Below, one piece after another: positions 9,054-16,617 of a stretch of DNA of 64,000 bases. A model generated the notes under the pieces. It worked only from the letters and a program-made list of their open reading frames with translations. It was not told the DNA's origin and did no database searches. How positions within the stretch are numbered: position 1 is the stretch's first letter; the number at the start of each line of letters is the position of its first letter. A program made the position numbers and the translations under genes. This DNA comes from a virus, in IMG/VR virus record IMGVR_UViG_3300037847_006528, positions 1 to 64,000 of that record; one strand, 5' to 3'.

Positions 9054-9674
9054 CTAAAGAATTCTTATCCTGCTTCTGATCTTAGAAACGTGTCTCTTTT
9101 TCTCTAAAACAGAACCTCCTTCTCTGCTCCCTGCCCCGTTCGTATTGCCCTCAATCGTAACTACATAACCACTTGAGTCTGCGTCTTTTACAGCTAATCC
9201 AATGTGAGAGAAAGTAAATACGACAATATCACCTGCTTTAATATCTTCGTTTGTAGGCTTGCGAAGCTCGACTCCATTTGTGCTTTGTTGTTTAGCCCAA
9301 TTTTCAAAATCCCAAGCCCCAGCAGTTCTAGGTCTTTTGAATTTAACGTCCTCCCCCTCAATAGCCTCTCTTACTAGCCAGCAAATAAAAGCAGCGCACC
9401 AAGGCCAACCTTTATCAGCGTCTAACCATGTGGCAGCTTTGTATTCATCTACTCTTGGCCCACAATTACTACCGTCAACTTCGGATACTCCTATTTCTTC
9501 CCTAGCTAAAGAAACCATTTTTTCTGCTACGCTACCACCAGAGGCAATAGGGCTTTTTGTGGACATTTTTGCTAAAATAGCATTCCAAGTAACAGGACCA
9601 TCAGCACCATCAGCAGAAACCCCGAGAAGCTTCTGCACCGCCTTTACTACTTCTTTTTTGCCTTTAAAATTCAT
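9054..9674 (-). CDS. Endolysin: peptidoglycan-binding domain plus CHAP domain
   Basis: VKAVQKLLGVSADG.DGP.TW (PG-binding); PWCAAF, HIG and TIEGNT (CHAP). Start revised to MNFKGKK (TAATG overlap). Confidence 0.9.
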   Translation of the reverse strand: MNFKGKKEVVKAVQKLLGVSADGADGPVTWNAILAKMSTKSPIASGGSVAEKMVSLAREEIGVSEVDGSNCGPRVDEYKAATWLDADKGWPWCAAFICWLVREAIEGEDVKFKRPRTAGAWDFENWAKQQSTNGVELRKPTNEDIKAGDIVVFTFSHIGLAVKDADSSGYVVTIEGNTNGAGSREGGSVLEKKRHVSKIRSRIRIL

Positions 9675-10279
9675 TATGAACACCTTCTGCTAAAACTAGC
9701 ACACACAGACATCACGATACATAGAACAACTGTTAGTATCATGAAGTTTTTGTAGTCAGTTATTTTTTCATTTAAAATCGCAGCTTGTTCCTCATTGTAA
9801 TACATTTTTGTATCCATGATGTTATTGATGGCTTCTATTGTTGGGTCAGTCATCTCATACATCGTAGGAACTGATGCTTTAATCAATTCAACATTGTTTG
9901 TATTGCCCCATTCAATTAATTGATTGACATAAAGATTTATTTTCTTTTCTTGTTCGAATACAAAATCTGCATACTCAACCTCTTTTGGGGTTATATCCTT
10001 CTTATAACCCTCTAAATATTCATCCTTATATACCCTCTCCTCTTCTAAGGTCTCTACCATTTCCGCTGGAGTTATGACTCCATGAGAGGTTTTTACGACC
10101 GAATCTACAATGATTACCCCATACCAATCAAAGCACATACCAATTTCCATAATGGAAGACTCTGATTGTCGAGCGTTCTCTTTTAGTGTGTTTTGAATGT
10201 TTTCAGTAAGGAAAAGACCTTTGAAACCAAAGGCCAAACAAATAGCGGCTAAACAATATACAATAAACTTTGGTCTCAT
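9674..10279 (-). CDS. Two-TM membrane protein with a periplasmic four-helix-bundle chemoreceptor-type ligand-binding domain and no cytoplasmic signalling domain
   Basis: TM, ~150-aa helical region, TM. YGVIIVDSVVK..HG.IT, Y....ITPKE and MY...DP..EAI match the 4HB_MCP pattern YAVNIVD..HK...G, Y....LT.EE and LYPAIDP. Confidence 0.65.
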   Translation of the reverse strand: MRPKFIVYCLAAICLAFGFKGLFLTENIQNTLKENARQSESSIMEIGMCFDWYGVIIVDSVVKTSHGVITPAEMVETLEEERVYKDEYLEGYKKDITPKEVEYADFVFEQEKKINLYVNQLIEWGNTNNVELIKASVPTMYEMTDPTIEAINNIMDTKMYYNEEQAAILNEKITDYKNFMILTVVLCIVMSVCASFSRRCS

Positions 10280-10593
10280 TTTTTAAGAAATTTTTCTGGG
10301 TTTTTAGCAAATTTTTCGCCCATTCTTACTATCCCACTAATAACCTCTGGGCTTATTACACCAATAATCCCATAAGTAATTGCCTTAGTTAAAGATGAAA
10401 CATCAGTTTGCTCCAAAACAAACCAAGCTATGCCAGCAGCTAGGGCTGCTGTAATCACCCTTTTAAACTGTTGTTTAAGCGTTAATCCATTGTTACCTGA
10501 TAAGAGCCTAGCAAACATCGCAGCAGCACCCACAAGCGGGACCAACCAGCCTCCATTGAGGAATTCTTTGATTAAAGACTTTTCAGGTTCCAT
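10276..10593 (-). CDS. Holin (about 3 TM helices)
   Basis: 105 aa, three hydrophobic segments, basic C-terminus, upstream of the endolysin. Confidence 0.7.
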   Translation of the reverse strand: MEPEKSLIKEFLNGGWLVPLVGAAAMFARLLSGNNGLTLKQQFKRVITAALAAGIAWFVLEQTDVSSLTKAITYGIIGVISPEVISGIVRMGEKFAKNPEKFLKK

Positions 10594-10610
10594 GTAATTA
10601 ATTACTACAC

Positions 10611-10640
10611 AAAAAAAGCCACCCGTGCAGGTGGCTTTTT
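10611..10640. terminator. Bidirectional intrinsic terminator
   Basis: AAAAAAAGCCACC-cgtgca-GGTGGCTTTTT downstream of the beta-barrel gene. Confidence 0.85.
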
Positions 10641-10666
10641 AATTTTGTATTTAAAACTAATTTAAA

Positions 10667-11359
10667 TTAGAATTTATATGATACTCCTGCTCCTACAGAC
10701 CACTCATTGTCTAGGCTATATGCACTAGAAGAATCAAGGTCGTTATCATTGTAAGCCCCTTTAACAAAAACAGAAGCGCCGTCTGTAATTTTGTAAGCAG
10801 CAGCTAAACCTGCTTCAATAGCAGTGTATTCATCAGCAAGATTAAGTCCGACAAAAGGTGTCAACACAAGACCTTCTACTGGAGTAGCAATGTCGCGAGA
10901 GAGAATGAACTCTACGCCATAAGAGCCGCCAGAGCCTCCTCCAACTTCATGCCACGCAGTTGCTGTAAGGTCTGCAAGAGTATGACTATAAGTAAGGCCA
11001 ACGCCAACTTCGTCCCAACCTCCAAAGGAAGAATCAATCCTTTGAAAATAAAACTCAGCCCCGAGGTCTTGGCCAAGAAGGGTAACCCCCCTTGAGTAAG
11101 CAAGGGAGATGTCTTGTTCGTATCCCTCGTCAACGTCAAAAATGTCGATACCGACAGAAGCAGTGCCTCCAGCTTTTACTGGGGCAGAGAGTGTAAGTGA
11201 ATAACTAAAAGCGTCATCCCTAATGCCAACTCCTCCGCTAGTCGAAAGAGTGCTATATGAAACACCACCTTCTACAGAGACATCTGCCAAAGTGGTTGCT
11301 TTAACTGCGCCAACCATAGCAGCGCCCATAAGTAGTGTTGTAAGAATAAGTTTCTTCAT
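10667..11359 (-). CDS. Outer-membrane beta-barrel protein (porin-like)
   Basis: Signal peptide, alternating amphipathic beta strands, C-terminal GVSYKF BAM-type signal. Confidence 0.8.
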   Translation of the reverse strand: MKKLILTTLLMGAAMVGAVKATTLADVSVEGGVSYSTLSTSGGVGIRDDAFSYSLTLSAPVKAGGTASVGIDIFDVDEGYEQDISLAYSRGVTLLGQDLGAEFYFQRIDSSFGGWDEVGVGLTYSHTLADLTATAWHEVGGGSGGSYGVEFILSRDIATPVEGLVLTPFVGLNLADEYTAIEAGLAAAYKITDGASVFVKGAYNDNDLDSSSAYSLDNEWSVGAGVSYKF

Positions 11360-11365
11360 GAGATT

Positions 11366-11394
11366 AATATATATTACAGAATTGTAATGGTCAA
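11366..11394 (-). promoter_or_regulatory. sigma70-type promoter, probably leaderless
   Basis: TTGACC-N17-TATATT, 6 nt before ATG 11359. Confidence 0.65.
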
Positions 11395-11422
11395 GGGAAA
11401 AATTATCCAGAAATAAGAAAAA

Positions 11423-11629
11423 TTAAACAGCCTCTACAGGCTCAGCAAATTCAGGGTTATCGTCCTGTGTAATAGGAGTGTTATCAATGCCTCTGGCAGA
11501 TTCTCTGATTTTAGTGGCTAAAACTAATGCGTTTTGTGCTACGTTCAGCCCCTGTGATCTTACAGCTACATCTAAAAGGCCAATAAGTGCATTCATCTCC
11601 TCATCTGAGAATTCAATTGTAGTATTCAT
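11423..11629 (-). CDS. hypothetical protein
   Basis: 68-aa ORF preceded by TTGATT-N16-TATAAT (11637-11664), 7 nt before the ATG. Confidence 0.65.
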   Translation of the reverse strand: MNTTIEFSDEEMNALIGLLDVAVRSQGLNVAQNALVLATKIRESARGIDNTPITQDDNPEFAEPVEAV

Positions 11630-11660
11630 ATGCAGTATTATAAATTAATAATACAAAAAA

Positions 11661-11945
11661 TCAAGGCCAAGTTACAAAATGTGTTTGGCCTGTATAGGAA
11701 TATCCTGCGTTGTATGGAGCTAGAAATAAACCTGTGGTTTCCCAGATACCAGACATCATGTCAACCTTCCTGTTATACTCCCTCATGTCATGATACGCCA
11801 AATCCATACCCTCAAATCCTGTGATACCAGATCCACTTAAGAAACGCCCTGTCAATTCAGCACGATAAACTTGCCAAACCCCACTCCCTGTAGCTGTTTC
11901 GGAGTGAATTTGACCTCTAAGTGGACTGCCTTCTTGATATGCCAT
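11661..11945 (-). CDS. Small [S/T]G-rich protein, probably virion-associated
   Basis: 94 aa with 9 SG/TG dipeptides; GTGTA motif 10 nt upstream. Confidence 0.6.
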   Translation of the reverse strand: MAYQEGSPLRGQIHSETATGSGVWQVYRAELTGRFLSGSGITGFEGMDLAYHDMREYNRKVDMMSGIWETTGLFLAPYNAGYSYTGQTHFVTWP

Positions 11946-11970
11946 TACTAGAATCTACACTTAAAAGTGT

Positions 11971-12240
11971 TTATTTCCCGCTAGGAAAATAAAGCTGCCT
12001 CTCTAAGCGCCTAAATCTAGCATCAGAATGCCAAACCTCATCTTGTTGTGGCGTATAAATCCCTTTACTTGTCTCTATTGGAATCCCTTTTGTCAAACTG
12101 AGAGTAGAAGGTTGATAGATGTTTAAAGGAGTTGTCTTCACGGATGAGTTCGTCGCGCAAGAGATCAGCACGGTCGGCATCACCGCCATTAGTCCTAATG
12201 TCTTCAAGTTCTTGAATGATTCTTTTTCTTTCTTCTTCAT
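11971..12240 (-). CDS. o-spanin (Rz1-like lipoprotein)
   Basis: Lipobox VLISC; overlaps the upstream gene in another frame; exact start uncertain. Confidence 0.6.
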   Translation of the reverse strand: MKKKEKESFKNLKTLGLMAVMPTVLISCATNSSVKTTPLNIYQPSTLSLTKGIPIETSKGIYTPQQDEVWHSDARFRRLERQLYFPSGK

Positions 12241-12331
12241 GGTCTCGTTTTAATTGTAGGTAGAAAGTTTTATTTTTTAAAGATAAAAATAACTCAATTG
12301 ATTTTAAAACAGATTTAATTAAGGAAATCAT
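12065..12331 (-). CDS. i-spanin (Rz-like)
   Basis: N-terminal hydrophobic helix followed by a charged coiled coil; overlapped by the lipoprotein gene. Confidence 0.55.
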   Translation of the reverse strand: MISLIKSVLKSIELFLSLKNKTFYLQLKRDHEEERKRIIQELEDIRTNGGDADRADLLRDELIREDNSFKHLSTFYSQFDKRDSNRDK

Positions 12332-13160
12332 TAATGTTTTCTTCTACATACTGATTTACACTTTTCCAGTCATATTCCCCTATAATTTCCAGTATTTTTG
12401 AATTATCGGACTTGGTAAACTTTTGATATTGCCCCTTTAACTCTTTAGGCATTGGTATCTCTGTTATTTTGCAATGGGCATTTGCTTTGACTATATCTGC
12501 TACATCTCTAAAAGAAATAGGGTTGCCTGTGCCTACATTAAAAATACCTGAAGCTGGATTGTTCAACATTCTATAGTGAACCTCACAAACATCTTCTACA
12601 GATATAAAATCTCTTTTATATTTTTCGCTATTCTCAAAAATCTTTATCTCTCCACTAGATAAAGCTTGCTTAATAAATTTAAACACAGGGCTAGCTTGAT
12701 CGCCTTTTTTATCTTCTCCCAACCCATAAACATTAAAATACCTGAAACCTTGGTAGGGGTAGTCTTGATTCATTAACCAGCAATCAAACATATACTTGCT
12801 AAAAGCATATGGACTCAAGGGTTTACAGAAATCAGATTCCTTAAACCCCCTTGATGTGCCGTAGACAGAGGCGCTACTGGCATACTGAAATTTAACGTCA
12901 TAACCCTCGCACAACTCATACAGCATCACTGAATACTCAAAATTTTGTTGTAGAATTTTTTTAAGGTCTTTTTCAGTAGTGGATGAATTTGCTCCTAAAT
13001 GTATGACGATATCTTGATTGCCAACGTCAGGCATCGCATTTGGATCACCTTTACTTATGTCAAATCTTGTAACATCATATCCACGATGTTCTAAGTATGA
13101 GCACAGGTTGCCGCCTATAAAGCCTTCGGAGCCTGTTACTAGAATTCTATTTAGAGTCAC
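12315..13160 (-). CDS. hldD: ADP-L-glycero-D-manno-heptose 6-epimerase
   Basis: GSEGFIG, HLGANSSTTE, YASSASVYG, YAFSK, FRYFNVYG.GE..KG.QAS and YQKFT motifs. Confidence 0.85.
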   Translation of the reverse strand: MTLNRILVTGSEGFIGGNLCSYLEHRGYDVTRFDISKGDPNAMPDVGNQDIVIHLGANSSTTEKDLKKILQQNFEYSVMLYELCEGYDVKFQYASSASVYGTSRGFKESDFCKPLSPYAFSKYMFDCWLMNQDYPYQGFRYFNVYGLGEDKKGDQASPVFKFIKQALSSGEIKIFENSEKYKRDFISVEDVCEVHYRMLNNPASGIFNVGTGNPISFRDVADIVKANAHCKITEIPMPKELKGQYQKFTKSDNSKILEIIGEYDWKSVNQYVEENINDFLN

Positions 13161-13635
13161 AATCGCAATCTTCTTCGCAATCCGAAGTGCATTCTTCTTC
13201 TTCTGGAGAGGGTTGTTTAAAATCTGCTAACTTGGGCATCTTATCAGATAACCCAAAAATCTCAGCAATTTTTTCCATTTTAAACTCGGAAGCTTTTATT
13301 TGATTTAAAAGATCGTCAAGTTCTTCCTCTCCCGTTACTTCTATTTCTGCTTCTGAAAAGTAATCGAAATCGTCAAAAAATTTAATGCTTTGCACTAATT
13401 CAACAACCAATTCGTCACCTTGGAATGATTTATGAAGAGAGTATGATGAATGTGTTTTTTCAAAAACTAGATCAGAGCTACGTTCACTTAAGTCTAGATC
13501 TCCTCCAGCTTTTCTATATTCCTTTAAAACCCAGACTTTTTTAGTATATTCTGAGGCTTCAGGGAACTGCATATCTGCGTCAAAGGATAAGCTTTGACGC
13601 AATTTGTCATCTAGGAACGTAACAGTGTAAGGCAT
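13147..13635 (-). CDS. Acidic hypothetical protein with Cys/acidic C-terminal tail
   Basis: 162 aa ending EEEECTSDCEEDCDCDSK; GTGTA motif 11 nt upstream. Confidence 0.65.
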   Translation of the reverse strand: MPYTVTFLDDKLRQSLSFDADMQFPEASEYTKKVWVLKEYRKAGGDLDLSERSSDLVFEKTHSSYSLHKSFQGDELVVELVQSIKFFDDFDYFSEAEIEVTGEEELDDLLNQIKASEFKMEKIAEIFGLSDKMPKLADFKQPSPEEEECTSDCEEDCDCDSK

Positions 13636-13654
13636 TTTTAGTGTCTTACACCTA

Positions 13655-13879
13655 TTACGCCTTTTGACCCTCTGTTTTTTGCTGGGTTTCTTCTACTTTT
13701 TTAGAAAGTTCTTCAAGAGCCGATTCTTTTTCTTGATCAGACATCTCTTCTAAGTTTTTTTCTACCTCCCCAATAGCGATATTGTGGATAATATTAATAG
13801 ACTCAGCAAGAGTTACTCTTGAAACCATTTCTGCGGTGAGAAGATCTCTAAGTTTCTTTTCTTTTGTTTCAGAAAGCAT
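13655..13879 (-). CDS. hypothetical protein
   Basis: Start revised to MLSETKEK (ATG 13879), immediately after the upstream stop. Confidence 0.6.
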   Translation of the reverse strand: MLSETKEKKLRDLLTAEMVSRVTLAESINIIHNIAIGEVEKNLEEMSDQEKESALEELSKKVEETQQKTEGQKA

Positions 13880-13880
13880 A

Positions 13881-14099
13881 TTACTCTTCTTTTTCTTTGC
13901 TGGCATAGATTCTAATATCAGGCTGATTAGAGCCTTTTTCTTTAAATGTATTAGGGAAGCAAACAATTTTTACATCATTACCTTCTGAATCTTTGATAGA
14001 TCCACTATAGTAAGACTGTTTGTTTCCGTCAACTCTCCAGAGAGCGCCTAATTCGCGCTTGCTCCACTCACTTTTTTCTTTAGTATTATCTTCAGACAT
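13881..14099 (-). CDS. DUF736/PC4-like small nucleic-acid-binding protein
   Basis: ELGALW, YYSG.I and FPN..K....QPD.RI motifs. Confidence 0.6.
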   Translation of the reverse strand: MSEDNTKEKSEWSKRELGALWRVDGNKQSYYSGSIKDSEGNDVKIVCFPNTFKEKGSNQPDIRIYASKEKEE

Positions 14100-14104
14100 A
14101 AATT

Positions 14105-14272
14105 TTAATCTTGGTTATCAAATCGACCTTCCATTTTCTTCCAAAAAACTTCTGGGCCAAGCACATTATACTGCGACTTCAATCGCTTGTAAAGGTTTTT
14201 TTGAATTGCATTGCCATTTTTTTTGTCATATCCAATCAGTTGACGGATTTTTTTAGCTACTGAACCACTCAC
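14105..14272 (-). CDS. Small basic protein, 55 aa (missing from the ORF track)
   Basis: GTG start overlaps the Clp TGA stop; MSGSVAKKIRQLIGYDKK...EGRFDNQD fills the intergenic gap. Confidence 0.6.
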   Translation of the reverse strand: MSGSVAKKIRQLIGYDKKNGNAIQKNLYKRLKSQYNVLGPEVFWKKMEGRFDNQD

Positions 14273-16617
14273 ACAATATCATCGTTGCTCCTTTGTTTTT
14301 TATCAACAAAAAGTTCTATATTTTTATCTCCCTTTAAGGTTTTATCAGATATGTATGGAGTTATTTCTGATAATATCTTTTTATTCAAAGCTTCTGTTTT
14401 GTTTTTAGATTTGCAAATTTCCTCAGTAACCCTCTTTATGTAATCAAAATCAAAGTTTAGATAAATATCATTATCTTCTAATCTATTTTTTAATCTTTTT
14501 AATTTCATCCACAACAGTCTCCGTAGATCTTTTTCGGTGAGTTCTTTTAGGATAAAATAATCATCTATTTGTGATAAAAGCTCTGGGTGAATCATTAGAT
14601 TGTTTTTACCTTCACCTGCTGCTTGAAATCCCATAGAGGATTGACTGTTTGACAGAGAGCATGTCAAAAATATTTTGCAGTTTGAAAAATCTGCGATATC
14701 CCCATTGGTCATTTGAAATCTTCCATGCTTAAAGATTTGACTAAAAATAGCGATTGAGGAGTTATCTATCTTGTGAAAGTCATCAATAATTAAAACGCTA
14801 TTAGGGGTGATGTTTATTTTTTCACATATTGATGTATTTGTTCCCTGCGAAGAAGCTATTTTATGTGGAGCGAAATTATCGGAAAAATGCACACCACTGT
14901 AAGATAAAACATTTACGCCTCTTTTTTGAAGAGAGTCTTTTAGTAGGTCTACAAAGTAAGATTTGCCACTAAAACTAGAACCGCTAACTACAAAGCAATC
15001 AGGTGACGAAAAGTTATCAGATTTTTTTAATCCTAACCCAGAGAGAATCAGTTTTTCTTTAAGGTTATTTAAGAAGTCTCTTTGGCCAACTAGACTTTTG
15101 GATAAGCATTTAAATAACTTGTCTATAGTGTCTTTATTACTTAATGGGTTCTTCTTCTTATCAAAGAAATCTTTTAAATGTTTAAGTTTTACTATAGGTG
15201 TTTTGTCTTCAACCCCTTCTGTCCACTTCTCTAAACTAGCATTTAGCTTTTCTAGTAATTCTGCGTGATCTTTCTCAGGATCAAGCGCAGCCTTAACTGT
15301 CTCGGTCTGTATGGCTTTTATTGAAGGTGTAACGTGCCAAAAATTAACTTTAGCTTGAGCGCCACAATGATCAATTACGTCTATAGCTTTATCTGGATAA
15401 AACTTATTGGGGATATACTTTTCACAATATTCTATTATATTGTTTAAGAATCTATCACTATACTCAACTGCATGGAAGTCTTCGTAATATGATACAATAG
15501 TTGGAAGAATTTCTTCCATTTGGAATTTAGATGGTTCTTTAATTGTAACCCTCTCAAACCTCCGATCTAATGCAGTATCTTTTTTTATCGTGTTTGTGTA
15601 TTCGTTGATTGTTGTAGCACCTATGCAACTTATTGTGCCTCTAGCAAGTTCTGGTTTGAGTATATTAGAAGCTTCTAGTGAATTATTTGTCGCTCCTCCT
15701 GCTCCTATTAAAGTGTGAACTTCATCTATGAACAGAATTAAGTTTGAGTATTGTTTAGCTTCATTAACAAAGTCCTCTAATCTTTTCTCAAACTGCCCTC
15801 TATATTCAGTGCCAGCAACCATACTAGATAAACTAACAGAATATATCACTTTATTTGCTATAAGTTCTGGAGCATCTCCAGCAACTATTTTAGCCGCTAA
15901 TCCTTCTACTAGAGAAGTTTTTCCTGTTCCCGCTGGACCTACTAGTATTGCGTTCGGTTTTTTCTTTCGGCAGAGAATCGTAGCCAGTTCGTCAATTTTC
16001 CCATCGAAATCAACAATCTTATCAAACTCCTTATTTAAAGCTTTTAAGTTTAAGTTTTCTGCAAATTGACACAGAATTGGATTCTGCTCAAACATGTCTA
16101 TCCAGTGGTCTGGAGTTTCGACATCTGCTTCTAAAGGACTAAAGGTGTCTTCAAATTCAAGATCTTTTATTCCTAAGGAGCATTCTGTTATGAACCCTAA
16201 AACTGTAGCATCTGATTTATCGTCTTTTTTAGGGTAAAGCTCTTTAATTACTTTAGGAGAATGAACATTATCAAAAAAAGTCATTAAGATTACTTCTGGG
16301 GGAATATAATCTAAGTTAAAACTTTCTTCAGCTATACTTTCAGCAGTTGCTAGAAGCTTTCTGACATCTGTTTTTACAGTTCTTTTTACATTCTTATTTT
16401 CTCTTTTTTTGCTTAAGCAATGCCTAGATTCTTTTAGCCATTCTTTTGGATCTATATGAACCCTCTTGAAAATAGAAGAGCAAGAAAGACTCAAATCGCT
16501 TAAGAAGCAGTGAAAAAATAAATCAATGTCTACCCCATTCCTTTTTAAAATGACAGATAGGTCTTGAGATTTTTCTAAAACTCCCTCTATGTGGGGTGTT
16601 AAAGGAAGTCTAGTCAC
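14269..16617 (-). CDS. ClpA/ClpC-like AAA+ ATPase
   Basis: D1 has GPAGTGKT, AGTEYRGQFE, LFIDEVH, LKPELARG and DTALDRRF. D2 is degenerate (GSSFSGKS, LIIDDFH) and carries an SMGF loop. Confidence 0.85.
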   Translation of the reverse strand: MTRLPLTPHIEGVLEKSQDLSVILKRNGVDIDLFFHCFLSDLSLSCSSIFKRVHIDPKEWLKESRHCLSKKRENKNVKRTVKTDVRKLLATAESIAEESFNLDYIPPEVILMTFFDNVHSPKVIKELYPKKDDKSDATVLGFITECSLGIKDLEFEDTFSPLEADVETPDHWIDMFEQNPILCQFAENLNLKALNKEFDKIVDFDGKIDELATILCRKKKPNAILVGPAGTGKTSLVEGLAAKIVAGDAPELIANKVIYSVSLSSMVAGTEYRGQFEKRLEDFVNEAKQYSNLILFIDEVHTLIGAGGATNNSLEASNILKPELARGTISCIGATTINEYTNTIKKDTALDRRFERVTIKEPSKFQMEEILPTIVSYYEDFHAVEYSDRFLNNIIEYCEKYIPNKFYPDKAIDVIDHCGAQAKVNFWHVTPSIKAIQTETVKAALDPEKDHAELLEKLNASLEKWTEGVEDKTPIVKLKHLKDFFDKKKNPLSNKDTIDKLFKCLSKSLVGQRDFLNNLKEKLILSGLGLKKSDNFSSPDCFVVSGSSFSGKSYFVDLLKDSLQKRGVNVLSYSGVHFSDNFAPHKIASSQGTNTSICEKINITPNSVLIIDDFHKIDNSSIAIFSQIFKHGRFQMTNGDIADFSNCKIFLTCSLSNSQSSMGFQAAGEGKNNLMIHPELLSQIDDYFILKELTEKDLRRLLWMKLKRLKNRLEDNDIYLNFDFDYIKRVTEEICKSKNKTEALNKKILSEITPYISDKTLKGDKNIELFVDKKQRSNDDIV

